Of a stretch of DNA of 64,000 nucleotides, positions 1 through 11,544 are shown in pieces. The translations under genes were made by a program, and so were the position numbers. Below the pieces are notes generated by a model, which saw nothing but the letters and a program-made list of their open reading frames with translations, had not been told where the DNA came from and did not search any database. The stretch is from positions 310,001 to 374,000 of the forward strand of contig MU008159.1 of assembly GCA_010909165.1 (NCBI GenBank), written 5' to 3'. Numbering within the stretch: the first letter of the stretch is position 1; every line of letters begins with the position of its first letter. The stretch comes from Anthoceros angustus (taxonomy: Eukaryota; Plantae; Anthocerotophyta).

Positions 1-769
1 GGTGGCTACGATGCGAGTCAGTCTGGCGCAGGGACCGCGATTTGGGCAGTTAGATGAGTTTTGATAGCCCTCCGAACCGCGTTTGTTCCACGGAGGGTCC
101 GGAGGTCGCCCGAGATAAAGTGTGGGCGGGTGCAGAGGAAGAGTGTTGTTGAATACAATCGTGAGTTTTTGGAGCTGGTGATGGCCATACCGATATGAGT
201 GAAGCGAAACAGGCAGCTACACTCGAGGATTGAAGTTTCACGGTTAAAGAAGTGAAACTACGGACGCCGGACATTGCGGATGCAATGACACTAGCAAAGA
301 CGAGATGCCCTTTACTACGGTCGTCTGGGATAAGGGATGGGGCCTTTACGGATTACATTCGTTGCACAATAACTCCGTTGCCGATTAATTGTGATGTAAT
401 CTTGGGGATGGAGGTGGTGTATAGGAGGCACCCCATTCATTTTAGAGACGGATCACGAGCCATCGAATATCTTCAAACTCAAACACATTTGAGTAGGAAG
501 CGAGCTCATTCACAGGTGAGCACTTCGACAATACAACTTTTCGATTCAACATATTTCGGTGAGCGAGAATCGTGTGGCGGATGTCTGTTGCTGCTTCTTA
601 CTCGCTATTAATGTACAAGCGGGTGATGAGTTCCTTGCGACTTCTGCGAGACCACATTGCCAAGGATGCTCTGCAAGTTACTGGGATCTTGGGCGCATGG
701 ACTCAATCGATAGTCTTCTTCATTTCGAGGTAGGCTTTATGTTCCTCCACTACCACATGTTCGCCTTAT
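1..769 (+). mobile_element. Ty3/gypsy remnant, left arm (gag, protease fragment, RNase H C-terminus, pre-integrase); internally deleted
   Basis: Peptides across frames: gag SVVEYNREFLELVMAIP (~140-190), protease CDVILGME (~390-413), RNase H IEYLQTQ and RQYNFSIQHI..ENRVAD (~460-580), pre-integrase FRGRLYVPPLPHVRLI (~724-770). No RT motifs seen. Confidence 0.8.
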
Positions 770-799
770 AACACGATATCTTGTGAAGGGGGTTAATAT
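770..799 (+). repeat. Left TIR of element 1 (TSD TTAT 766-769)
   Basis: CGATATCTTGTGAAGGGGGTTAATAT (774-799) matches the reverse complement of 13988-14012 apart from one G in a homopolymer. Confidence 0.9.
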
Positions 800-2980
800 T
801 CACGAAGGGGTTTCACGGAAATATCACGAAGGGGTTTGACATGGGTCCATAACTCGTGGTTATAGAGGTATGAATGAATATAGGCGAGAAAAGAAGGGTG
901 AACTTTCGTGTGAAGCATTGACATGAGGTTCATTTCTTGCCGGTGAAGGGGTTAAGGTGCAAGAGGTAACCCTATTTTGGGTGCATATAAGACCCATGTG
1001 AAGGACCATTCACGCCACCGCTGGTCTTCCTAGCCAAAACACCCTTAACATTCATAAAAGGACGGTGATCGGTGGATGAGCTGCGAACCCGTGATGGCGA
1101 CCAAGGATGTTTGAGGAGTAGGGCGGCCGGCGCCGGCCCCTGGCGTTGACCTATTGGGAAAGGCGGGTAGTAGCAGGCCTTTGCTCATTGTGTGTACACA
1201 AAGACTATATGTGGGGTGAGTGGGTGGCTTCCGCACACCATAAATTGAGCCCAAGAATATAATCACATTGTTAAAACCCAAAGACTACAATCGGCATACG
1301 GAAAACGTGGATAGTTCCGCGTCATCGCACACAAACATGCCGTGAGCTACACATGTGTTGCTGTAATATGCCGAATGCCAAGCCATTAACTACTACCATA
1401 CTTCCTCCATGTCCTCCCGCTTATGGAAATGGCTTGCACATCGAAAATTCTATAGCATGTGAAGTCTACGAGGTATCTGAGAAAGCAGCACAACCAATAT
1501 TCTATCATGGGCCTACACTCTTTTGAGACATATGTGTCTGTGAGGAGCACTGAGCACGCATAGCCTCCCAAGATCCCATGCAAGATGACACAACATTGAG
1601 GGCTTTCTACTCTTCTCCGGGCCACTCCATCATCTTGTTGGGTCCGGCATCATGACCATCATCTTCACTATCCTCGGTGGGACTTTCACTCATTGGTTGA
1701 ATGAAGCCTCAACGCAATGAACTTCTCTTTGATTGCCTTCTTATCTACAGTACAAGTGTCTCGCGTAGTCAATGTGAACCCATAATAGAGGATGACAGTT
1801 TCGTGAACAAAAACCTTTTGGATATTTTTTGATGGATGGATTTCGCCCCTTTTCCCTGCATTGCTCGCAGTCCGTGGCATCCTCCGATTAATATTCACGA
1901 AGGGGTTTCACGGAAATATCCTCAAGGGGTTTGACATCCGCAACTCGTGGTTATAGAGGTATGAATGAATATAGGCGAAAAGAAGGGTGAACTGTGTGAA
2001 GCATTGACATGAGGTTCATTTCTTGCAAGAAGGGGTTAAGGTGCAAGAGGTAACCCTATTTTGGGTGCATATAAGACCCATGTGAAGGACCATTCACGCC
2101 ACCGCTGGTCTTCCTAGCCAAAACACCCTTAACATTCATAAAAGGACGGTGATCGGTGGATGAGCTGCGAACCTGATGGCGGCTGTGGACCAAGGATGTT
2201 TGAGGAGTAGGGCGCCGCCGCCGGGCGCCTCTCGCGCTCGACCTATTGGGAAAGGCGGGTAGTAGCAGGCCTTTGCTCGTGTGTACACAAAGACTATATG
2301 TGTGGGGTGAGTGGGTGGCTTCCACCATAAATTGAGCCCAAGAATATAATCACATTGTTAAAACCCAAAGACTACAATCGCATACGGAAAACGTGCCCGA
2401 TCGTTCCCGCCACATATCGCACACAAACATGCCGGGCTACATGTGTTGCTCGCCAATATGAATGCCAATGCCATTAACTACGCCATACTTCCTCCATGTC
2501 CTCCCGCTTGTACAGTGGAAATGGCTTGCATCGAAAATTCTATAGCATGTGAAGTCTACGAGGTATACAGAAACGGCACAACCAATATTCTATCATGGGC
2601 CTACACTCTTTTGAGACATATGTGTGAGCAACACTCAGCACGATAGCCTCCCAAGATCCCATGCAAGATGACACAACATTGAGGGCTTTCTACTCTTCTC
2701 GACGCCACTCCATCATCTTCACTGGGTCCGGCATCATGACCATCATCTTCACTATCCTCGGTGGGACTTTCACTCGGTTGAATGAAGCCTCGCAACGCAA
2801 TGAACTTCTCTTTGATTGCCTTCTTATCTACAGTACAAGTGTCTCCGCGTAGTCAATGTGAACCCATAATAGAGGATGACAGTGAACAAAAACCTTTTGG
2901 ATATTTTTTGATGGATGGATTTCGCTCCCCCTTTTCCTCGCATTGCTCGCAGTCCGTGGCATCCCTCCGATTAAATATTC
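793..2980 (+). repeat. Tandem duplication, ~1095-bp unit (793-1887 / 1888-2970)
   Basis: Near-identical copies with many small indels; junction microhomology TTAATATTC. Confidence 0.95.
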
Positions 2981-5900
2981 TTCTACGTACCTTCCTTAAA
3001 TGCGCATCTGTGTTCGATTACGTACCAATGAACAAGGAAGTGAGGCTGTGGCGAATGCAATTGAACAGTAGTTACCTTGCCAATCCAAAAGGGTCTGTTA
3101 TGCGTGTCTGTGTCCGCGGGAACTGCAACAAACATCCCTGTCTTTATTTCCGCGATATCACCATTCCACCGTTCCATTTCCTGTTGTTGCCTCCCCCGTG
3201 TTTGGTATGCTCCCAAATACATATCTCGTTGTGGGAGGTCCCTTAGCAATGCCTCCTCCAGCACTGCCACATCTGGAACATGGAGAGGTTGAAATTTGCA
3301 TCCACTTCCGATCTTGAGTACCATTTCCAAGGATTACGTAGCACAAGGCCAATGTTGTTTTGCACAATAAGAATCTCCTCTTGGTCCAACGAGCTTCCCA
3401 CCATAAAACTCCGTGATGTCACATAAGGCCTAAGTTCGGAGACCATCCTTAAGATGGGCAACAGGCGATTGGTGATAATGTCACTGTGTTCCTTTTTATC
3501 CCCCTTGGATGCGGTGAGGCGCATTTATGTCGGAAGGACAAATTTCAAACTCAAACCCCTTCCGCTTTCCCATTGTGGCGAGGTGGAATCTTGCTTGCTC
3601 GATAGCAATCACGAACCCGGTCCGCTTTCTCTTCACGTGTTATTTTAAAGCGGTCTTTGGAGCGATAAGTTGTTCAATCTCTTCTGGCTCCATAAGTGAG
3701 GCCTCTCGGCCTTGTCTAATAGGCCACACATATGAAAGTCCGCCACTTGATCAATATCTTTACCTCACGGTGTGACGTGTACGCATGCATCAAGATCTCG
3801 ACAATGCGGGCGGTGTGAGCCTCTTTATGTCTCAAGCTTTTGAGAAGCAAGAAAACATCCGTCGATTTGATCATGCGTATGCGACCAAAAGGAATCCCAC
3901 TTTCACTTTTTCAAAAGTACCCATATCAACAAGCATGTTCAGATATGCAAAAAGCAGCTGGTTCTTGTTCTCCCTGCATGTGTTGTCCAGTTGCAGATAC
4001 AAAACTCTTGGCAGCACCCCCTCGTAATTATGTATAACGTCCTGAATGATGGTGATCGTCAGATTTGCGTCGTTCCGTAAATTCGCATAATGCAAATAGG
4101 CTCTCGCTTTGTGCGTGTAGTTGTGAATCATACACCCAACCACGTGGACTGAAATACGACACTCCTCTACGAGGTTTTTCGGCCACCGGAGAAGATGAGG
4201 AATCTCTGTCTTTTTCTGGTCCATTCCATCTATGGATAGTAGCATATACTTATGTGGCTCCACATAGCTCTTGCTCCTGTGTTTAGACATTTTCTCCGCT
4301 CGGTGGAGGCGCGATGTGCTTCCAAAGCGACTGAAATTTCTCGTGCCACAAACAAATGTCCTAGTCGAAATATATCAAAATCCTCAAAACGGCATCCGTT
4401 AGGCCCTCCAAATGAGCAGAGACGCCGCCGACCTTAACAAGGAAACTTCTTCACATGCAAGAATGCTTATTTGCGGGACGCTCATCCAAATGGGGATACA
4501 TGGCGATAAAGTGGGGGCGGGCGGAGTGGGGGCGGCCGGCCGGCGCCCCTCACAATCTCCTCTTGGTCCAACGCTTCCCACCATAAAACTCCTGTGATGT
4601 CACATAAGGCCTAAGTTCGGAGACCATCCTTAAGATGGGCAACTGCGATTGGTGATAATGTCACTGTGTTCCTTTTTATCCCTTGCGGCGTTGAGGTGTC
4701 GGAAGGACAAATTTGAAACTCCAAACCCCTTCCGTTTCCCATTGTGGCGAGGTGGAATCGCTTGCTCGATAATCAAAATCACGAACCCGGTCCGCTTTCT
4801 CTTCACGTGTTATTTTAAAGCGGTCTTTGGAGCGATAAGTTGTTCAATCTCTTCTGGCTCCATAAGTGAGGCCTCTCTCGGCCTTGTCTGCCACATATGA
4901 CCGAAAGTCCGCCACTTGATCAATATCTTTACCTCGGTGACGGGTGTCGCATGCATCAAGATCTCGACAATGCGGGCGGGGTGTGAGCCTCTTTATGTCT
5001 CAAGCTTTTGAGAAGCAAGAAAACATCCGGTCGATTTGATCATGCGTATGCCCGACCAAAAGGAATCCCACTTTCACTTTTTCAAAAGTACCCATATCAA
5101 CAAGCATGTTCGGATATGCAAAAGCTGGTTCTTGTTCTCCCGCATGTGTTGTCCGATTCGGATACAAAACTCTTGGCGACCCCTCGTAATTATGTATAAC
5201 GTCACGAATGATGGTGATCGTCGGTTGTCGTTCCGTAAATTCGCATAATGCAAATAGGCTCTCGCTTTGTGCGTGTAGTTGTGAATCATACACCCAACCA
5301 CGTGGACTGAAATACGACACTCCTCTACGAGGTTTTTTGGCCACCGGAGAAGATGAGGAATCTCTATCTTTTTCTGGTCCATTCCATCTATGGATAGTAG
5401 CATATACTTATGTGGCTCCACATAGCTCTTGCTCCTGTGTTTAGACATTTTCTCCCGCTCCTGGTGGAGGCGCACGGTGCTTCCAAAGCACTGAAATTTC
5501 TCGTGCCACAAACAAATGTCCTAGTCGAAATATATCAAAATCCTCAAAACGGCATCCGTTAGGCCCTCCAAATGAGCAGACATCGCCGACCTTAACAAGG
5601 AAACTTCTTCACATGCAGAATGCTTATTTGCGGCAGCTCATCCAAATGGGGATACATGGCGAGATAAAGTGGGGGGAGAGGGAGGGCGGTGGGCGCCGGC
5701 CGACCGCGCCCTCCAATCTGCTTTCCCGATTTGGGGCGCGCCGGCCGCCCGGCCAGCGCACGTCCACGCTCCCCAGTGCATTTCGGTTGGGAAGCCGTGG
5801 CGGCTCATCTTTGCCTCTCGATTGGGAGGGAGTGAGCAAGCGGCTTCGTGGTCGTGGAAACCACTAAATACCGGGCGGCACCTGAAGCATTCCGTTTGGA

Positions 5901-6700
5901 AACCAAACACAAACACGGTTATAGAACATGCACGTACATGCATCTCATATGAGCAATTGGTATTGGAAGAGCACATCCGCTCCATCGGGTAGTGAAGCAA
6001 ATCCATAGCGGTGAACAACCTCATGGAGGACACATTGGTGCAAATTACCTTGATCTTCCTTGTGCATTGTGTTCGATAGTGCTCTTGGACTGCACAAAGC
6101 GAGCATGTTGAAAACCTGTTGGACTTGAGATTTTCTTGTTGGGAAGTTGCTTCTCCACAATTTCAAGAACCATGGGTACTTGACGTGGCGAGTGTTAGAG
6201 TTTTTTGGACGCTTGTACAAGGTCCATATTTCCAACTTTGTATACGTGTCGGGCGATTAAAACATCCAAGTTTGGCGGCCGCTCCATAAACGTGGCGTTG
6301 TCCATCCACGAAAGGGCATCCATCGCATCGTCAGTGCCTTGGGTTTGGTTCAAATCCATCCCAAGGTGATTCCGAATGACTCGCTCTTTAGCTCCTCATA
6401 CCTCCTGTGGCCAAGACAATGTACTCTTCTAAAAGCCTTCAAGCGGCCGGCGCGCTCGCCCCATGACATGTGTCACCACTTTCGCCTATCACCTCGGGAT
6501 CCGATGGGTGAACAAGAGCTGCAGATATGTCTCCTGTTCTGTCTCCCCATGAAGAAAGTACCGTTGCTCTTGAAATCGCGCTTTCCCCAACCGCAAACAC
6601 ATTTTTATGCAACAAGGCTTCTTGAAATCAGATCATTGTATCCCCTTCGCTTTTCAACGACACTCCAGCTTCTCTTCTTGATGATATAACAACGCCCTTG
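2601..6700 (-). pseudogene. Frameshifted DDD/DDE-type transposase, Sola-like (family assignment inferred)
   Basis: Ordered motifs on minus strand: KAFRRVHCLGHRRYEELK (~6443-6387), FLKLWRSNFP then RFSTCSLC (~6170-6092), H..ER.KMSKHRSK, LLSIDGMDQKK, YLQLDNTCRENKN, GFLLVGHTHDQIDRMFS (ORFs 3871-4290, 5000-5344, 5074-5511), then C-terminal FWIGKV..VHWY and an acidic tail. Confidence 0.85.
3372..5719 (+). repeat. Tandem duplication, ~1182-bp unit (3372-4553 / 4554-5714), duplicating the transposase core
   Basis: Two copies of the DGMDQ/QLDN/GHTH core; junction microhomology AATCT. Confidence 0.95.
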
Positions 6701-6714
6701 TTGGAGCCAGAGAC

Positions 6715-7320
6715 TCACTCAAAGGCTTGGGATGGAAGGAACGACATGCATCGTGGTGGCGCTCGAATCTTCATTGTCGTCAATGGGACCTTCCTCAACC
6801 GGTGAGCGGACGCAATCAATCTCCGAAAACAAACCACGGCGTGCAACCGTCGATGTATCTGGGAGAACGCCATACGCCATTCGGGAAGCTTGAGCGTCGG
6901 TTGGATGGGCTTCCCTCCAACATCAAATTCGATGCAAATTCCTAGGTGTTGGAGGAACACCAGCGGACCATGGCGGGGATGGCGGCGTCTTGGCGTATCT
7001 GGAACAACAATATCGGAAGAATGCATCAAAATCCCACAACCGAGATAGACTAGCGTCCGTTCCCATATGGAAAAATCATCCTCTACCTTCATTATCAACA
7101 CGTCTTTCGGAATGGCAAAACGCACTCGACGGTGATGCCCGAGTTCGAGGACGTGGTGGCACATCAGTCTACTCGCTTCTCCATCTTTACGGAAACGGAC
7201 ATTGTGAAGAGAAACCTTCTTCCCATTGTTCATCCACGCAACCGGATGCACTAAGCGAACTCGATCCGAAAACAAGATAGGGGTGAAAACCAAGTAATCC
7301 TTCCAAAAGGCCGAACTCAA
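6715..7320 (-). CDS. Unidentified 201-aa ORF upstream of the transposase (possible N-terminal domain or separate gene)
   Basis: Open frame with globular-looking composition, same strand as and immediately 5' of the transposase motifs; no family recognised with confidence. Confidence 0.35.
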   Translation of the reverse strand: MSSAFWKDYLVFTPILFSDRVRLVHPVAWMNNGKKVSLHNVRFRKDGEASRLMCHHVLELGHHRRVRFAIPKDVLIMKVEDDFSIWERTLVYLGCGILMHSSDIVVPDTPRRRHPRHGPLVFLQHLGICIEFDVGGKPIQPTLKLPEWRMAFSQIHRRLHAVVCFRRLIASAHRLRKVPLTTMKIRAPPRCMSFLPSQAFE

Positions 7321-7651
7321 ACCTCTTCGCTAGGTGGTGTGGGTGAGCCGCAACATGGTATCGCACAACTTGTAGAAGAGCGTCGATTGAAACCACACTC
7401 GCGTCGTTTGAAACCATCGCCGGCGGGTCTTGGAAGAGACCTCAGTGTGAGGAAAATGGTGAAGATGGCCATTGTCTTTATGGATAGCGTCGCGCATAGA
7501 TGGGTAGGATATTATGTTCCTCTGTAATAACGACAACATGATGGAGTTCACAATCTATATCTAACGGTATATCGCGCCGTCCTCCGCTTTTATTGTCCAC
7601 ATTGTGCCCCGGCCGTCACCCAAGTCAATAGGGTTATGGTTCATATCGTGG

Positions 7652-7732
7652 TTTATATCGGTATATGGATATCTTGGCATAAGTTAATACAGCATGTTTT
7701 TGGGCTATAAATACCGGTTGAGGAAACCCTAA
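7652..7732. promoter_or_regulatory. Putative bidirectional core promoter between divergent element-1 genes
   Basis: Plus strand: TGGGCT (7701-7706), TATAAATA (7706-7713), telo-box AAACCCTAA (7724-7732). Minus strand: TATAAA at 7652-7657. Confidence 0.4.
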
Positions 7733-7756
7733 TTACTATTTGTTTTCTCTTGCCAC

Positions 7757-9200
7757 TTGCCGTCACGGTGGGCGTTACGCCACTTCACTTGAGAATACGA
7801 GGAGCGTCTTGCTGGCGGTGTTGCCCGATTTGGAGAGGTGTCCGTCCACAATTCCACGAATCCTCCCAGCGCCCTTGGCTGGGATTCGGCTATCAGGCGG
7901 GCCGGGGTTGGGGAGGCAGGGCCGGGCATTCCTCGTGCATCAATCGGCGAGTGCGAGTGAGGTTCGTCTACTTCCATGTTAAACAATTGTGCCCTTCCAA
8001 ATTCGTGATGTGTGATGCAGGTTCATTCTTAAAGATGGCGGCGGCGGAGCAAGAAGGACTGGCGATTCGATCCTCCGATCCCGGCGGCAGAGAAGAAGGC
8101 AAAGCGATTGCGACGAAGACATCCATCGCGCGGACGAGGTTCCGATCGAGGAAGGCGGTGGAAGGAAGTTTGGGAGGCGCGCACATTGGAGGGGGCCATA
8201 TAGCCTCTGGCGGGCAAAATCAGGAGCATGTCTTGGGAAAACAAGCGAGCAGGCTGGCGGGCAAGGGCGGAAGGAGGAGGCAAGGCTTCAAAGCATCCGG
8301 TGCACCAATTCGTCGCCATTCATATGAAGAGAATGCACATCCATGATGGGTGGCGGATAGACCCTATTGTCATTGTGCGAAGATTGGATGCTAGTCCGGG
8401 ATCCGCACCGGAGGTTGAAGCAAGACATGGACCCCTTGCTCAAACTACGGATAATGGGGTATCGGGGCTTTGCCGTCACGGTGGAGCGTTCGCCAGCACT
8501 TCCACTTGAGGAAAGTGAGGAGCGTCTTGCTGGCGGTGTTGCCCGATTTGGAGAGGTGTCCGTCCACAATTCCGAATCCTCCCTTGGCCGCTTGGGATTG
8601 CAGCTATCAGGCGGGCGCTCGGGGTTGGGGAGGCAGAGCCGGGCATTCCTCGGTGCATCAATCGGGTGCGAGTGAGGTTCGTTCTACTTCCATGTTAAAC
8701 AATTGTTTTGCCTTCCAAATTCGTGATGTCTTGTGATGCGGGGTTCATTCTTAAAGATGGCGGCGGAAGGCGGAGCAAGAAGGACTGGCAGGGCGATCCT
8801 CCGATCCCGCGGCGGCGGCGAGAAGAAGGCAAAGCGATTGCGAAGACGAAGACATCCTAAATCGCGACGAGGTTCCGCGCCGAGAGGAAGGCGGTGGAAG
8901 GAAGTTTGGGAGGCACGCACATTCGGAGGGTGGGGGCCATAGCCTCTCTGGGCAAGCAAAATCCGGAGCATGTCTTGGGCAGAGCAGGCGGGCAAGGAGG
9001 CTGGAAGGAGGAGGCAAGGCTTCAAAGCATCCGTGCACTTCCCGCCATTCATGAAGAGACTGCACATCCGCATGGGTGGCAGATAGACCCTATTGTCATT
9101 GTGCGGAAGGATTGGATGCTAGTCCAGATCCGCACCCAGGTTGAAAGCAAGCATGGACCCCTTGCTCAAACTACGGATAATGGGGTATCGGGGCTTTGCC
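7757..9200 (+). repeat. Tandem duplication, ~713-bp unit (7757-8469 / 8470-9200)
   Basis: Repeated GCCGTCACGGTG...GGGGCTTTGCC block; junction microhomology TTGCC. Confidence 0.95.
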
Positions 9201-11430
9201 AAATCGAGCAAGGTGTAATGGGCAAACATGGACATGAAGCGAGGGGGAGTTCACGCTATTTGCACCACCGCCATACGAGTTCGATCGTCATCCAGACCCC
9301 GAGTTTCTGGTCTTATGTTCTCGGCCTCCAAGGATTCAACGCCAAAAATGTGCACCTCCGAATAGTGGAAGAGTTCGCGAATGCATGCGACACGAGTTTC
9401 AACAACGACAACGTATGCGAAACCCTCCGACTTTGATGACTAACATTCAACTTGTTTGTTTGTTTTCCCACCACCTTTGGTAGGAATGGCCCTTATAAGG
9501 GCAATCGTGGGAAGATAAGCAAGGCAGTCATTGATCATAGGAGAGAGCATCGATGAGAAGGGTCGCACACATCAAAGAATGGTTGAAGCGGCAAGCAGCT
9601 TCCGAGCGAACTTGGCCCATCCGATGAGGAAGAGGGCCCGATTCTGACGTCTTTGGGACATTCGATGATGAAGTCTCTGGGGCAGGCGAACATAGGGATG
9701 CGGCAATTTTACCTTGGCTTGGCATGGGCCATCTATGAGTGTGCACACGGATGTAGTGAATCGGGGAGCGCGGCCCGCGGCGCAGGCAAAAGTGCGGGGC
9801 TCGGACTTGGCCACTCCGGATCCCAACCGGTTTATCCAGTTCGAAGGAGATAGCGGGCGGGCGGCCGTGGCATACCTCCATCCACAAGAGCCCTTCCGGA
9901 CGCGGTGGAAGAGGTGGACGTTGGAGGCAGAGAGAGGAAGTGGGTGCGGGGGACACAGGTATGGACGGAGGAAGAAGGCGGGCGGCCGGCGCCTCCACCA
10001 TAGGAGAGAGGCGACCAGCCGACGCTCAAGGCGCGCCCTGCGGTGTTGGATTCCAGGGGTGCGAAGAAACCCGGCGTGGAAGCACGAGAGGAGGAAGTGG
10101 GTGCGGGGGACACGGTATGGACGGGAGGAAGAAGGCGGGGCCGGCCGGCGCCCTCCTCTCCATAGAGAGACGACCAGCCGGCGGCTCAAGGGGCAAGCGC
10201 CCTGCGGTGTTGGATTCCGGTGCGAAGAAACCGTGGAAGCACGGAGCGGGGGAAGAAAAAGAAATCAAAAAGGCGGGCAAGGAGGCTGGAAGGAGGAGGC
10301 AAGGCTTCAAAGCATCCGTGCACTTCCCGCCATTCATGAAGAGACTGCACATCCGCATGGGTGGCAGATAGACCCTATTGTCATTGTGCGGAAGGATTGG
10401 ATGCTAGTCCAGATCCGCACCCAGGTTGAAAGCAAGCATGGACCCCTTGCTCAAACTACGGATAATGGGGTATCGGGGCTTTGCCAAATCGAGCAAGGTG
10501 TAATGGGCAAACATGGACATGAACGAGGGGGAGCCGGAGTTCACGCTATTGTGCACCACCAGGCCATACGAGTTCGATGCCGTCATCCAGGACCTCGAGT
10601 TTTACAGGTCTTATGTTCTCAGCCTCCAAGGATTCAACGCCAAAAAATGTGCACCTCCAGCAATAGTGGAAGAGTTCCGCGAATGCATGCGCCAGCACAC
10701 AGTAAGTTTCCAACAACGACACTGTTATGCGAAACCTTCCGACTTTGATGACTAACATTCAAGTTGTTTGTTTGTTTTCCCAGCCACCTTTGGTAGGAAT
10801 GGCCCTTATAAGGGCAATCTGTGGGAAGATAACCGAGACAGTCATTGATCATAGGAGAGGCATCGATGAGAAGGGTCGTGCACATCAAAGAATGGTTGAA
10901 GAGGCGGGCGGTCAAGACTTCCAGAGCGAACTTGGCCCCCGATGAGGAAGAGGGCCCGATTCACGACGTCTTTGGGACATTCCGATGATGAAGTCTCGGG
11001 GCAGGCGAACATAGGGATGCGGCAATTTTGGCTTGGCGCATGGGCCATCTATGAGTGTGCACGGATGTAGTGAATCGAGGAGGCGGCCGGCCGGCCTGAG
11101 CGAAAAGTGCGGGGCTGGACTTGGCCCTCCGGATCCCCGGTTTATCCGGTTCGGAAGGAGATAGCGATCGGGCGTGGGCCGCACCTCCATCCACAGAGCC
11201 CTTCCCGGACCGTGGAAGAGTGTCTTGACGTTGGAGGCACAGAGGAGGAAGTGGGTGCGGGGGACACGGTATGGACGGAGGAAGAAGGCGGAGGCGCCGG
11301 CCGGCGCCCTCCTCGTAGGAGGAGACGACCAGCCGCCTCAAGCAAGCGCCCTGCGGTGTTGGATTCCAGCGAGGTGCGAAGAAACCCGGCGGTGGAAGCA
11401 CAGGAGGAAGAAAAAGAAATCAAAAAAGGG
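8986..11430 (+). repeat. Tandem duplication, ~1285-bp unit (8986-10270 / 10271-11430), with a nested ~157-bp duplication at 9934-10245
   Basis: First ~250 bp of the two copies read as identical; later parts differ by indels. Confidence 0.95.
10513..10755 (+). CDS. Orphan ORF fragment (ORF-A) inside element 1; frameshifted copy near 9228-9436
   Basis: MDMNEGEPEFTLLCTTRPYEFDAVIQDLEFYRSYVLSLQGFNAKKCAPPAIVEEFRECMRQH has protein-like composition; preceded by MDPLLKLRIMGYRGFA. Confidence 0.35.
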   Translation: MDMNEGEPEFTLLCTTRPYEFDAVIQDLEFYRSYVLSLQGFNAKKCAPPAIVEEFRECMRQHTVSFQQRHCYAKPSDFDD

Positions 11431-11544
11431 CACAAGAGGAAGTGTTTGGTGGCATTCCCATGCATATTTTGACGAAGAACGCCTGCGACGCGATCACGAT
11501 GCACCCCTCACTCGCCTAAGGGATTGACTTACGGAAGAAGGTTG

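Noticed and set aside
766-770. 5-bp TSD TTATA for element 1
   Set aside because: Formally possible, but element 2 fixes the terminus as AACACGA with a 4-bp TSD, which gives TTAT.
9714-10748. 344-aa ORF as an intact gene
   Set aside because: It crosses two duplication junctions and switches between plausible and implausible peptide; likely a chance frame.
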